Of a stretch of 64,000 bases of DNA, positions 1 through 10,000 are shown piece after piece. The DNA comes from an uncultured Mycoplasma sp. (lineage in GTDB: Bacteria > Bacillota_I > Bacilli_A > RF39 > UBA660). How positions within the stretch are numbered: the first letter of the stretch is position 1; every line of letters begins with the position of its first letter. Made by a program: the position numbers and the translations under genes. Below the pieces are notes generated by a model, which saw nothing but the letters and a program-made list of their open reading frames with translations, was not told the DNA's origin and searched no databases. The stretch spans positions 9,606 to 73,605 of the forward strand of contig CAYFSK010000002.1 in the NCBI GenBank assembly GCA_964345805.1. The letters run 5' to 3'.

Positions 1-2391
1 CTCGTATTCATCAACTTTGTTTTTAGTAATTATGCTTCCGGTTGATGATAAATCCATTATAGGAATATCTGCATTCTTAATCTCAATAATTTGACTATCA
101 CATTTAACTAAATTAGTATCTCTTGCATTACTTATAAAGGCTTTTACTATTTTATAATCTTTTGTTTTAGCTTTTTTAAGAATTCTAAAGCCTTTTTTAG
201 CTCTTGATAAACTTTCAAGTTCACTTATTTTTACCCTTTTTGCTGTATTTAAATTAGTAAAGATGTTTAAATATTCATCATTTTCATCAAAAGTATCACT
301 ACTGATAACAAAGTCATCTTTTAAATTAATTGCTTTAACTCCTGCTGCTTTTGGACCTACTGCTGATATTTCATTTGTCTTATATCTTAAGTAATATCCT
401 TCTTTTGTTACAATAACTACATCTTCCTTATTACTTTTAACAGAAATAAGTTCATCACCATCTTTAAGTTTCATAATCATCATTGGCTTACTATATCTAG
501 TTACTCTTAAATCACCAACAACAACTTTTTTAATCATTCCTTTTAAAGATGTTAAAATAAGCTTATTTTTATCATCAGTAATTAAATAGCTTCCAATAAC
601 TTTTTCATCTGTTGCCATCATAATAATATTATTAATATGTTTACCTAAATCTTTCCATTTAACATCAGGAATAATATGAACTGGAACATATAAATAATTT
701 CCTAAATTTGTAAATAATAATAATGTATCTTGAGTTGTTGTACTATAAAGACCTGTTATATAATCACCTGGCTTTAATGTGGTTTCATCTTCTTTAGATG
801 CATATGATTTTAATGACACTCTTTTTACATAACCTTCATTTGTTACTATTACAATTGTCTTTTCTTTAGGTATCATATCCATATAATCAAGTTTTATTTC
901 TTTTATTTCATCACGAACCTCTGTAAGACGAGGATTAGCAAATTCTTTTTTAATTTCCATTAATTCTTTTTTCATTTGTTTTTTAAGTACTACCTCATTA
1001 TTAAGAATCTCAGTTAAAAATTCGATCATTTTTATTAAATTAGCTTTATCTTCTTCTAAAGAAACAATATCAGTGTTAGATAAACGATATAGTTGCATCA
1101 TTACAATTGCTTCAGCTTGTTTTTCCGTAAAACCAAATATTTTTACTAAATTAACAATTGAATCTGCTTTATTTTTAGATTTTCTAATTGTAGATATTAT
1201 CTCATCTAAAATACTTACTGCTTTAAGCAGACCTTCAACAATATGTAATCTTTCATTACAATGATTTAAATCAAAATTAGTTCTTCTTAAAATTACATCT
1301 TTTTGATGATTAATAAAAGCATCTAATATAGCAAGTAATCCTAGTTGTTTTGGCCTCCTGTTAACAATTGCTACCATATTAAAGTTATAATTTACTTGCA
1401 AATCAGTATTTTTAAATAAGTAATTTAAAATAACCTCTGTATTAGCACCTTTCTTAGTTTCAATAACCATTCTTCCCATATGTTCTTTATCAGATTCATC
1501 TTTTACATCAGTTATGCCATCTACTTTTTTATCAATCTTTATATCTTCAATTTTCTTACGAAGGTTTTCTTTTAAAACATCATATGGTATTTCATGAATA
1601 ATTATCTTTTGACAATTTTTTTCCTTAATAATTTCAGTTTTTGCTTTAACAACTACTTTACCCCTACCTGTTTCATAAGCATCTATTAAACCAGCTTTTC
1701 CTTCAACAATACCTCCGGTTGGAAAATCTGGTCCTTTTATATAATTCATTATTGTTTCAAGTCTAGAGTTAGGATTATCAATCCTAAAAATTGTTGCATC
1801 AAGAACTTCTCCTAAATTATGAGGAGGAATATTTGTTGCATATCCAGCAGATATTCCCATTGAACCGTTTACTAAAAGGTTAGGAAAATTAGCTGGAAGA
1901 ACAGTTGGTTCTAGTAACTCATCACTATAGTTAAGAACCATTTCAACTGAATCTCTATTAATATCTTTAAGCATTACTTGAGCAAGTTTAGTAAGTCTTG
2001 TTTCAGTATAACGATAAGCTGCTGGTCCATCACCATCAATTGATCCATTATTACCATGAATATCAACAAATCTTTCTCTCATCTTCCAAGGTTGCGACAT
2101 ATATATCATAGCCCCATATATAGAAGCATCTCCATGTGGATGATATTTACCCATTACATCACCAACAGCTGTTGCACATTTACGATAAGGTCTATCAAAA
2201 GTATTACGATTTTCAAACATCGTATAAAGAATTCTTCTTTGAACTGGTTTTAAACCATCTCTAACATCTGGAAGAGCACGATCTTGAATAATACTTTTAG
2301 CATATCTTCCAAAACGATCTCCCATTATATATTCAAGTGTATAATCATATATTTTTTCAACAACTGGTTTCTCATCAATCTTTTTAGTCAT
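1..2391 (-). CDS. gyrA: DNA gyrase subunit A (3' end runs off the window)
   Basis: The minus-strand ATG at 2391 reads MTKKIDEKPVVEKIYDYTLEYIMGDRFGRYAKSIIQDRALPDVRDGLKPVQRRILY, the canonical GyrA N-terminus. The frame stays open to position 1. It lies immediately downstream of gyrB. Confidence 0.95.
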   Translation of the reverse strand, partial: MTKKIDEKPVVEKIYDYTLEYIMGDRFGRYAKSIIQDRALPDVRDGLKPVQRRILYTMFENRNTFDRPYRKCATAVGDVMGKYHPHGDASIYGAMIYMSQPWKMRERFVDIHGNNGSIDGDGPAAYRYTETRLTKLAQVMLKDINRDSVEMVLNYSDELLEPTVLPANFPNLLVNGSMGISAGYATNIPPHNLGEVLDATIFRIDNPNSRLETIMNYIKGPDFPTGGIVEGKAGLIDAYETGRGKVVVKAKTEIIKEKNCQKIIIHEIPYDVLKENLRKKIEDIKIDKKVDGITDVKDESDKEHMGRMVIETKKGANTEVILNYLFKNTDLQVNYNFNMVAIVNRRPKQLGLLAILDAFINHQKDVILRRTNFDLNHCNERLHIVEGLLKAVSILDEIISTIRKSKNKADSIVNLVKIFGFTEKQAEAIVMMQLYRLSNTDIVSLEEDKANLIKMIEFLTEILNNEVVLKKQMKKELMEIKKEFANPRLTEVRDEIKEIKLDYMDMIPKEKTIVIVTNEGYVKRVSLKSYASKEDETTLKPGDYITGLYSTTTQDTLLLFTNLGNYLYVPVHIIPDVKWKDLGKHINNIIMMATDEKVIGSYLITDDKNKLILTSLKGMIKKVVVGDLRVTRYSKPMMIMKLKDGDELISVKSNKEDVVIVTKEGYYLRYKTNEISAVGPKAAGVKAINLKDDFVISSDTFDENDEYLNIFTNLNTAKRVKISELESLSRAKKGFRILKKAKTKDYKIVKAFISNARDTNLVKCDSQIIEIKNADIPIMDLSSTGSIITKNKVDEYE

Positions 2392-2401
2392 AATATATCA
2401 C

Positions 2402-4309
2402 CTACTCTTTTCTAAATGTATCTTCTAAAGTAAAGTCTACATTTTCATTTATCCACTCTTTTCTAGGTTCAACTTTATCACCCATTAAAGTAGATATTCT
2501 TTTTTCTGCTATTGCACCATCTGTAATACTTACTCTTATTAAACTACGTGATTTAGGATTCATGGTTGTTTCATAAAGTTCATCAGCGTTCATTTCTCCA
2601 AGTCCTTTAAATCTTTGAACTTTATAAGATCCTTTTAATTTCTTTTTTGCTTCTTCTAACTCATCATCAGTTGCAACATATTCTTTATATTTACCAAAAT
2701 CAAGAGCATATAAAGGAGGATTTGCTATATAAAGCATTCCTTCTTCAATTAAAGGTCTCATAAAACGATAGAAAAAAGTTAATAATAAAACTTGAATATG
2801 AGCTCCATCATCATCAGCATCAGTCATAATAATAATTTTTCCATAATTACTATCTTTAGGATCAAAATCTGATCCAACTCCTGCCCCAATTGCATGAACT
2901 AAAGTATTAAGTTCTTCATTGGCATATATATCATTACTAGATGCTTTTTCACAATTTAATACTTTCCCTCTTAAAGGAAGTATTGCTTGCGTTTCTCTAT
3001 CTCTTCCTGACTTAGCAGAACCTCCAGCTGAATCACCTTCGACTAAAAATAGTTCATTTAAATTACTATTTTTACCTGTTGCTTTAGTAAGTTTACCCGA
3101 TAAAATCTTATCTTTCTTTTCTTTTCCCTTACCACTTCTAACAAGCTCCCTTGCTTTTCTAGCTGCATTTCTTGCTTCCATAGATTTAACTGCTTTATCA
3201 ATAATATTTAAAGCTTGCTCTCTATTTTCTTCTAAAAAGAATTTAATTTGTTCATAAGTAATACTTTCAGTAATACTTCTTGCCTCAGGTGTTCCAAGTT
3301 TGGATTTTACTTGTCCTTCAAATTGCAGTAAATTCTCAGGTATTTTTAAACTTATTATAGCTGTAAGACCTTCTCTTACATCTGTTCCATCAAAAGAAAA
3401 GTCTTTACCTTTAACAACATCGTTGTTTTTTATATAATCATTAAATGCTTTAGTAATACCTGTTTTAAAACCAATTTCATGGGTACCACCATCTGGTGTT
3501 TTAACATTATTAACAAAAGATATAATATTTTCATTAAATGTATCTGTATATTGCAGGGCTACACTTACTTCAATATTATTTTTAGTACTTGAAAAATTTA
3601 AAGGATTACATAAAATCTCTTTTCCTTCATTAATATATTCAATAAAACTAATTAAACCATTTTCATAAAAAAACTTAGCTTTTTTATCATCCTCAATATC
3701 TTCAACTTCAATAGTAAGACCCGATATTAAAAAAGCGCTTTCTTGCATTCTTTCACAAATCGTTGTATATGAAAAATTAGCATTCTTAAATATTTCATAA
3801 TTAGGTTTAAAAGTTACAGTAGTACCTGTTTTTTTACTTTCACCTACTTTTTTTAAAGGAATAGCTACTTTTCCACCATCTTCAAAACGAATATTAGATA
3901 TTTTTCCATCACGATATATAACAACATCCATAAATTCTGATAAAGCATTAACAACCGATGCTCCAACACCATGAAGACCACCAGATACTTTATACCCTTC
4001 TTCAGTAAATTTACCACCAGCATGAAGCATTGTATAAATTACCTCTGGTGTTGATTTACCACTTTCATGAGTTCCAATTGGCACGCCTCTTCCATTATCA
4101 GAAATAGTAATACTACCATCTTTATTAATTGATAATTTAATATAATCACCATAATCATTAATTGCTTCATCTATTGAGTTATCAACAATCTCCCAAACTA
4201 AATGATGCAGACCCCTTTTATCAGTTGAGCCTACATACATACCCGGTCTTTTACGTACTGCTTCAAGACCTTCAAGTATTTTTATTGAAGATTCATTATA
4301 TGTTTTCAT
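2402..4309 (-). CDS. gyrB: DNA gyrase subunit B
   Basis: Translation shows GyrB hallmarks (LEGLEAVRKRPGMYVGS, GLHGVGASVVNALS, the toprim region and C-terminal LYIANPPLY). The ORF track begins at a TTG at 4354. An internal ATG at 4309 preceded by AGGTGAT matches GyrB N-termini better. Confidence 0.93.
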   Translation of the reverse strand: MKTYNESSIKILEGLEAVRKRPGMYVGSTDKRGLHHLVWEIVDNSIDEAINDYGDYIKLSINKDGSITISDNGRGVPIGTHESGKSTPEVIYTMLHAGGKFTEEGYKVSGGLHGVGASVVNALSEFMDVVIYRDGKISNIRFEDGGKVAIPLKKVGESKKTGTTVTFKPNYEIFKNANFSYTTICERMQESAFLISGLTIEVEDIEDDKKAKFFYENGLISFIEYINEGKEILCNPLNFSSTKNNIEVSVALQYTDTFNENIISFVNNVKTPDGGTHEIGFKTGITKAFNDYIKNNDVVKGKDFSFDGTDVREGLTAIISLKIPENLLQFEGQVKSKLGTPEARSITESITYEQIKFFLEENREQALNIIDKAVKSMEARNAARKARELVRSGKGKEKKDKILSGKLTKATGKNSNLNELFLVEGDSAGGSAKSGRDRETQAILPLRGKVLNCEKASSNDIYANEELNTLVHAIGAGVGSDFDPKDSNYGKIIIMTDADDDGAHIQVLLLTFFYRFMRPLIEEGMLYIANPPLYALDFGKYKEYVATDDELEEAKKKLKGSYKVQRFKGLGEMNADELYETTMNPKSRSLIRVSITDGAIAEKRISTLMGDKVEPRKEWINENVDFTLEDTFRKE

Positions 4310-4337
4310 AGCAATCACCTTATTTATTATAAAGAAA

Positions 4338-4362
4338 AAAGAAGATTTTTGCAATCTTCCTT
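4338..4362 (-). terminator. intrinsic terminator upstream of gyrB
   Basis: Hairpin GAAGATT-tttgc-AATCTTC followed by a T-run on the minus strand. Confidence 0.5.
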
Positions 4363-4391
4363 GACATATTATTTATTTTAATCTCTTTATT

Positions 4392-4895
4392 TTATTGTCT
4401 AGCACCTTGACTTAATTGTTGTTCTTCTTCAGCAAAAGCATCACTTAATTTTTGTGCATCAATACTAGGCTGTTTTTTTGGTTTTAAATAATATATAATT
4501 CTATTTTTCATATTAATATAAACATCTTTTAAAAGTGGAGCTATTGTTTCTGCCCTTGGTTCTAAAGTGCTATTTATATATTCTAACATAAACTGTAAAT
4601 CCATCAATTCTTGAAGTATATGCTTTGAATTTTGCAAATCATTAAAATTTAAAGCATATAAACTTTCAGTAATATTTTCAAAATGTTCCAACAAATAGGC
4701 TTCTTTATTGTTGATTTTGCTAGAAAGGGTTGAATCTAGTTGCACATGTCTTCTTATAATCTCATCTCCAAAATGCTGTACATTATTGTAAGACTTTCCT
4801 CTTCTTAAATCACTTTGTCTTTGAAGATTGTATAAATGATATAATTCTTTATAAGTTAATTTTGGACATATTATATTCTCTAAAATACTATTCAA
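4392..4895 (-). CDS. hypothetical protein with an uncertain start, possibly frameshifted
   Basis: A 167-aa ORF with a TTG start and no recognisable motifs. A 23-aa ATG ORF in another frame sits just upstream at 4952-5020. Confidence 0.4.
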   Translation of the reverse strand: MNSILENIICPKLTYKELYHLYNLQRQSDLRRGKSYNNVQHFGDEIIRRHVQLDSTLSSKINNKEAYLLEHFENITESLYALNFNDLQNSKHILQELMDLQFMLEYINSTLEPRAETIAPLLKDVYINMKNRIIYYLKPKKQPSIDAQKLSDAFAEEEQQLSQGARQ

Positions 4896-5092
4896 TATAT
4901 TTAAACGTGTAAGAGATTCAAAAGCAATTTTTGGTTCATTTCTTTCCGTGCTTCCTTTATACCTAATAGCATAGTATTATCTTTCTTCAACTAACTCACT
5001 AACACAGTTTATTTTCATATTTATAACTCCTTAATACAAATATATAGTATCATCCTTTTTATTAAAAACACAACTTCTCTTGACACACTATC

Positions 5093-5866
5093 TTACAAAA
5101 TAATTTCATCTTCCTTTTTTTCTTCAAGAATAGGAGCACTATTATTTACTACCTCTTCTTTTAATTTAGGAAGTTCAATTACATCTTCCTCATCTACTAT
5201 TACTTTAGATTCTTCAGATGTTTCTAAAACACTTTGCATTGTATCTTCTAAAGATACATCTTCTGTTAATGGTTTGTTGTTTTCTTCTAACACAGTATTC
5301 ATTTTTTCTAAATCTTTTAAATCAGATTCAATATCATTAGCAAGAGATGTAAAATCAATTTTATAATCTATATCACTAGGTAAATTATATTCTATTTCCT
5401 CAAAAGTTCTAACATTAGGATTACTATCTTCTTCTTCTACTTTAATAGGCTCTTCAGATACTTTTTCTTCTTCATGAAAATAATTTTCTTCATATATCTT
5501 TGGCATAGAAACATCAGGTATTGTAATAGGTTCTTCTTCTAAAGACTCTTCTTTAATATCTTCTGGTTCCACTTTAATAAGTTCTTCTTTATCATCTAAA
5601 GATTCTTGGGATACTTTTTCTTCATTAGCAATAACTGGAACAATATGCTCTTCTTCTTTTACAGAAGATTCCATATTAACTGGTTCTTCTTCAGTAAAAG
5701 TGCTTAAATCTATTTTTTCAAGTTTTTTAGTATCTTCTAACTTCTTTTTATCTTTCTTTCCTACAAAAAGCACAACAAAAAAAGCTATAAGTAAAAATAC
5801 AATTGTAGCACCTAAATAAATAGGAAATTTCTCATTAGCATATAAATTGTGAAGAAAATTTTTCAT
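5093..5866 (-). CDS. membrane-anchored highly acidic (Glu/Asp/Lys-rich) low-complexity protein
   Basis: ATG at 5866 with GAGGTG SD. There is one N-terminal TM helix (IYLGATIVFLLIAFFVVLFVG). The next ~210 aa are E/D/K-rich repeats. Confidence 0.6.
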   Translation of the reverse strand: MKNFLHNLYANEKFPIYLGATIVFLLIAFFVVLFVGKKDKKKLEDTKKLEKIDLSTFTEEEPVNMESSVKEEEHIVPVIANEEKVSQESLDDKEELIKVEPEDIKEESLEEEPITIPDVSMPKIYEENYFHEEEKVSEEPIKVEEEDSNPNVRTFEEIEYNLPSDIDYKIDFTSLANDIESDLKDLEKMNTVLEENNKPLTEDVSLEDTMQSVLETSEESKVIVDEEDVIELPKLKEEVVNNSAPILEEKKEDEIIL

Positions 5867-5922
5867 AACAAAGCACCTCTTTATTCTAAACTAATTTTAA
5901 CATCTAGGTATTTAAAAATCAA

Positions 5923-6762
5923 CTATAATAACATTACATAAGGTCTATATAAGTCATTATCTTTAATATAAATTGCTATTTCTTTATCATCATATTTTAA
6001 AACAAGATATAAATCATTAAATTTAAGTTTTATTTTATTACCATTTTTTACATATTTATATTCTTCTTTTGTTAAATTATATACTGGATAAGGAAATAAA
6101 TCTTCAGTATTAAGTAATTTATAATTGCCTTCTTTTATATCTTGAATAGTATATGAATCTTTTAATAAAAATTTATCTTGAGCAGTTCTTACTAAATTAT
6201 TCATACACCCAATTACTGATAATTTATCACAAATTATTTGAATTAGACTTCTTATATAACATCCTTTAGATACTGTTGATTCAAAAGTAATAATATCATC
6301 TTTTATATCAAGTAATTTTATATTAAATACTTCTATTTCATTATATATGGGAGTAATAGATATATTTTCTCTTGCATATTCATATAATTTTTTACCATTT
6401 ATTTTCTTAGCAGAATACATAGGTATTTCTTGAGTTATTTTACCTTTTAAAGATGATAATACTTTGATAACATCTTCTTTTTTAAAACAACAATTTTTTT
6501 CTTCTAAAATATTTCCAGTTATATCTAACGTATCGGTTTTAATACCTATTTTAATTTCTGCTATATAAGTTTTTTTAAATGAAGAAAGCATTTCTGTAAG
6601 TTTAGTATATTTACCAAGACACATAACTAAAAGACCTGTTGCAAGTGGATCAAGAGTTCCTGTATGACCAATTTTTTTAATACCAAAAATATGGTTAAGT
6701 TCATTAACCATATCCCTGCTTGTTTTACCTTTTTCTTTATTAACTAGTATAACCCCATTCAT
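5923..6762 (-). CDS. truB: tRNA pseudouridine(55) synthase
   Basis: Carries the HTGTLDPLATGLLVMCLG motif of TruB. The ATG abuts the rbfA stop. Confidence 0.9.
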   Translation of the reverse strand: MNGVILVNKEKGKTSRDMVNELNHIFGIKKIGHTGTLDPLATGLLVMCLGKYTKLTEMLSSFKKTYIAEIKIGIKTDTLDITGNILEEKNCCFKKEDVIKVLSSLKGKITQEIPMYSAKKINGKKLYEYARENISITPIYNEIEVFNIKLLDIKDDIITFESTVSKGCYIRSLIQIICDKLSVIGCMNNLVRTAQDKFLLKDSYTIQDIKEGNYKLLNTEDLFPYPVYNLTKEEYKYVKNGNKIKLKFNDLYLVLKYDDKEIAIYIKDNDLYRPYVMLL

Positions 6763-7113
6763 TTAATTTTTATCCTTTTCATTTATTTCTTTAAGGATTT
6801 CTTCAATTCTATTTCCCATAGCAACTGATTTATCATAATAAAATCTTAATTCTGGAGTATTTCTTATATTCATAAGACCAGCTAGTTTTCCTCTTATAAA
6901 AGATGATGCTTTATTTACTTCTTTTTCAAGTTCTTTTTTATCCATATCAGATAATGCTGTAAAATAAACTTTACAAAAACCTAAATCTTTTGCTAAAGAA
7001 CAACCAGTAATAGTTATAACTTTAAAAAGATCATCTTGCATTTCTCTTTGAATAATCATAGGGATATATTTTTCAATATCACTTTCTATTCTTGATATAT
7101 TATGACTAGACAC
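6763..7113 (-). CDS. rbfA: ribosome-binding factor A
   Basis: Size and the IQREMQD...SLAKDLG pattern fit RbfA. It has the classical position between infB and truB. The start overlaps the infB 3' end by 8 nt. Confidence 0.85.
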   Translation of the reverse strand: MSSHNISRIESDIEKYIPMIIQREMQDDLFKVITITGCSLAKDLGFCKVYFTALSDMDKKELEKEVNKASSFIRGKLAGLMNIRNTPELRFYYDKSVAMGNRIEEILKEINEKDKN

Positions 7114-9223
7114 GTTTCACCTCGGTAAGTTCATATATTTCAAAGATATCTCCTTCTTTAAAATCATCATATTTTTCTAAAGTAATACCACATTCAAAAC
7201 CTTTTTTAACTTCTTTAGCATGATCTTTTTCCCTTTGTACTGATGCTATTTTAGTGTCTACTAGGATATTTCCATCACGAATAACTCTTGCTTTAGCATT
7301 TGCTTTAACAACACCATCAGTTACATAAACTCCAGCAATATTACCTATTTTAGAAAATTTAAATATTTTTCTTACCTCAACAGAACCAATTACTTTTTCT
7401 TCATATTCTGGATCAAGCATTCCTTTTAAAGCCGCTTCTACATCTTCAACTAGTTTATATATTATTGTATAAAGACGAATTTTAATATCATATTCTTTAG
7501 CCATTTCTTTAGCCCCAGGAGAAGCTACAACATTAAAGCCTATTACAACAGCTTTTGAAGCACTTGCAAGAACAATATCGCTTTCTGATATGGTCCCGAT
7601 ACCACTTCTGATAACTTTAATTTTAACATCTTCAACACGAATATTTTCAAGTGCTGATTTAACTGCTTCTTCTGATCCACGAACATCAGCCTTTAAAACA
7701 ACTTCAACTTCATTTTTTCCTTCTTGTACTTGATTAAATAAATCTTCAAGTGATACTGAAGCGTGTCTTTTAACCTTTGATAATTCAACATCTTTTCTTG
7801 TTGCAGCTATCTTTTTAGCCTCATCAAGAGTTTCAAATGCCATAAATTTATCACCAGCTTTTGGGGAATCTGTAATACCAGTTACTTCAACTGGAGTACC
7901 AGGACCCGCAGAGGCAATATTTACTCCTTGATCATTTTTCATGGTTCTAATTTTACCATATGTTGTTCCAACACAAACTGGATCACCAATTCTTAAAGTT
8001 CCATTTTGAATTAAAAATGATGTAACCCCACCTACGTTTTTATCAAGGATAGCTTCAATTACTGCACCAAGAGCGTAACGATTAGGATTTGCTTTAAACT
8101 GGTTTACTTCACTAATTGCAATAATTGTTTTTAATAGGTTATCAATACCCTCACCAGTCTTAGCAGATATATTAATAAACGGAACATCTCCACCCCAACT
8201 TTCTGGGTTAATGCCTATTTCAGCCATACCTGTATAAATTCTATCAATATTAGCTTCTGGTTTATCTATTTTATTTACTGCTACTATGATAGGAACTTTA
8301 GCAGAAAGTGCATGATCTACTGCTTCTTTAGTTTGAGGCATAACCCCATCATCTGCTGCTACTATAATAATAACAATATCAGTAACAGCTGCTCCTCTTG
8401 CACGCATTTGAGTAAATGCAGCATGACCTGGAGTATCAATGAAAGTCATTTTATTACCTTCATAATCAATTTGATATGCTCCAATACCTTGAGTAATACC
8501 TCCTGCTTCACCTAATGCAACATTAGTATTTCTAATATAATCAAGAAGAGTTGTTTTACCATGATCAACATGACCCATAATAGTTATTATTGGTGGTCTT
8601 TTAACTAAGTCTTCTTCTTTATCAACAATTTCATAATTATCAAAGTCTGTTATATCTTGGCTTTCTTCTTTCTTTAGGGTCTTACCATAATCAAGCACCA
8701 TTATTTCTGCCGTTTCAAAATCAATAGTTTGATTCATATTAAGCATATTACCAAATTCCATTAATTTTTTAATTAATTCTGGTGCAGAAATATTAAGTGC
8801 ACTAGCAAGAGAAGATACTGTCATATCTTTAGTATATACTATAACATTATCATCTTTGACATTACCTGATAATTTAGCTTTGTTTTTATACATTTCTTTT
8901 CTTTGTCTAGTAAAATCTTTATTTTCTTTTAAACTATCTTTCTTTTTTAATTTTTGTTTAGATGAAACATTTACTGCTTCTGTTTTATCAATGTTTTCAC
9001 TTTCAATAACCTTTTGAACAATATCATCTATTACATCTTCTTCTTCATATGTTGTTTCAGTATCAGTACTAATTAAATTTAAAGTATTATCTAAAATAAT
9101 AATATCATCTTCACTAAGAATAGTATTATTATCGGCTTTTATACCTAATTCTTCACATTTACTTAATACTTCAGCTACTGATAAGTTAACATCTTTTGCA
9201 TAAGTTTTAATATCCATATTCAT
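7106..9223 (-). CDS. infB: translation initiation factor IF-2
   Basis: GTPase G1-G4 motifs are present (GHVDHGKTTLLD, DTPGH, NKID). The protein is 705 aa. ATG at 9223 overlaps the upstream TGA (ATGA). Confidence 0.95.
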   Translation of the reverse strand: MNMDIKTYAKDVNLSVAEVLSKCEELGIKADNNTILSEDDIIILDNTLNLISTDTETTYEEEDVIDDIVQKVIESENIDKTEAVNVSSKQKLKKKDSLKENKDFTRQRKEMYKNKAKLSGNVKDDNVIVYTKDMTVSSLASALNISAPELIKKLMEFGNMLNMNQTIDFETAEIMVLDYGKTLKKEESQDITDFDNYEIVDKEEDLVKRPPIITIMGHVDHGKTTLLDYIRNTNVALGEAGGITQGIGAYQIDYEGNKMTFIDTPGHAAFTQMRARGAAVTDIVIIIVAADDGVMPQTKEAVDHALSAKVPIIVAVNKIDKPEANIDRIYTGMAEIGINPESWGGDVPFINISAKTGEGIDNLLKTIIAISEVNQFKANPNRYALGAVIEAILDKNVGGVTSFLIQNGTLRIGDPVCVGTTYGKIRTMKNDQGVNIASAGPGTPVEVTGITDSPKAGDKFMAFETLDEAKKIAATRKDVELSKVKRHASVSLEDLFNQVQEGKNEVEVVLKADVRGSEEAVKSALENIRVEDVKIKVIRSGIGTISESDIVLASASKAVVIGFNVVASPGAKEMAKEYDIKIRLYTIIYKLVEDVEAALKGMLDPEYEEKVIGSVEVRKIFKFSKIGNIAGVYVTDGVVKANAKARVIRDGNILVDTKIASVQREKDHAKEVKKGFECGITLEKYDDFKEGDIFEIYELTEVKRV

Positions 9224-9726
9224 CTTCCTTTCTTTTTTCTTATAATCGCTTCTTCAAATATTTCAGTAGTATCTCTTCCTTCATATTTAACAAGCTCTAC
9301 TGCAACACTTTCTACTATTTCTTTTGATAAATCAGCACTATATTCTGCATCAAAAACTATTTTTTTAAGACCTGAATTAATAATTGAATTCATACAATCC
9401 TTACAAGGAAATGTATTTACATAAATAGTTGCTCCTTTAACAGAGATACCATGTCTTGCAGCAAAAGCAATTGCATTTTGTTCAGCATGTGATGCTGGGC
9501 ATAATTCTAGATATGCACCACTTTTATAATCTGGCTGACTACGTCTTATACAACCACCTTTTTCATCACAATGTATAACCCCTTTGGCTGGCCCATTATA
9601 GCCAAATGATATTGGATAATCATCTTTGACAATTACAGCACCAACTTTTCTAGATAAGCATGTACTTCTTAAAGATGCAAGTTGTGCAATAGCCATATAA
9701 TATTCATCCCTTGTTGGTCTATTCAC
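9220..9726 (-). CDS. dCMP/CMP deaminase (ComEB-like zinc deaminase)
   Basis: Contains HAEQNAI and PCKDC zinc-ligand motifs of the cytidine/dCMP deaminase fold. GTG start. It overlaps both neighbours and so sits inside the nusA-infB operon. Confidence 0.8.
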   Translation of the reverse strand: MNRPTRDEYYMAIAQLASLRSTCLSRKVGAVIVKDDYPISFGYNGPAKGVIHCDEKGGCIRRSQPDYKSGAYLELCPASHAEQNAIAFAARHGISVKGATIYVNTFPCKDCMNSIINSGLKKIVFDAEYSADLSKEIVESVAVELVKYEGRDTTEIFEEAIIRKKKGR

Positions 9727-9979
9727 TTCTTACCTCCTTTTCTAAAGATTCATAAACATCTATAGGAACTTCTTTTTCAAATAAACGATCAAGTATTTTA
9801 TTTTCTTTCGCTTTTATTATTACTTTTTCATCTTTCTTAAGATATGCTCCTTTACCATTTTGTTTACCAGTTTTATCAAAAACAATATTTCCTTCAGGAG
9901 TTCTTACCACTCTTAAAAGATTATGTTTTTCACATTTTTCTTTTGTAACAATGCATGTTCTTAAAGGAATCTTTTTCAT
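9719..9979 (-). CDS. ylxR: YlxR/DUF448 RNA-binding protein
   Basis: The RTCIVTKEK...LLRVVRTPEG signature of YlxR. Canonical position directly after nusA. Confidence 0.85.
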   Translation of the reverse strand: MKKIPLRTCIVTKEKCEKHNLLRVVRTPEGNIVFDKTGKQNGKGAYLKKDEKVIIKAKENKILDRLFEKEVPIDVYESLEKEVRSE

Positions 9980-10000
9980 GTTTATCTCCTTTTTTATATA

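Noticed and set aside
2919-3257. Plus-strand ORFs in the track that lie inside minus-strand genes
   Set aside because: They are antisense to strongly conserved genes (gyrB, infB, ftsZ, recA, patatin, cysteine desulfurase, rarA, nagZ-like, udp, xfp, gltX, HK, uvrA, ATPase, CpaB-like, the giant protein). They are short and low-complexity. Judged spurious. The set includes 1073..1264, 2056..2253, 8312..8515, 13747..14359, 14174..14359, 16298..16516, 18672..18866, 20311..20541, 24025..24435, 25490..25699, 29851..30069, 31758..31970, 33667..33933, 34379..34576, 35684..35956, 36549..36776, 41306..41530, 42258..42458, 46398..46646, 49257..49439, 51523..51846, 53915..54220, 54291..54479, 55790..56008, 57116..57304, 58712..58996, 59364..59833 and 60394..60582.
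2402-4354. Longer N-terminal extensions from the ORF track
   Set aside because: The extensions begin at TTG or GTG without SD. Internal ATGs with good SD align with known N-termini of gyrB, rimP (to 11407), the amidase (to 17154), rpmI (to 17956), gltX (to 42666), uvrA (to 51033), paralog B (to 51869) and CPBP (from 62050).
1-5092. Chromosomal origin (oriC) near gyrB-gyrA
   Set aside because: No dnaA, dnaN or recF. truB and an acidic protein are upstream of gyrB. No DnaA-box cluster was noticed.
4896-5092. tRNA or other structured RNA gene in the larger intergenic gaps (4896-5092, 16243-16425, 18510-18649)
   Set aside because: No GTTCGAATC-type T-arm or cloverleaf-compatible GC-rich stems were seen. 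The gaps are explained by promoters, leaders and a gene remnant.
9220-9223. Possibility that this AT-rich organism uses genetic code 4 (TGA = Trp, Mollicutes)
   Set aside because: TGA acts as the stop in several ATGA stop/start overlaps (9220-9223, 27717-27720, 24476-24479, 61208-61211). Long conserved ORFs end at TGA. Cell-wall genes (ftsZ, lgt, amidase, nagZ) are present.
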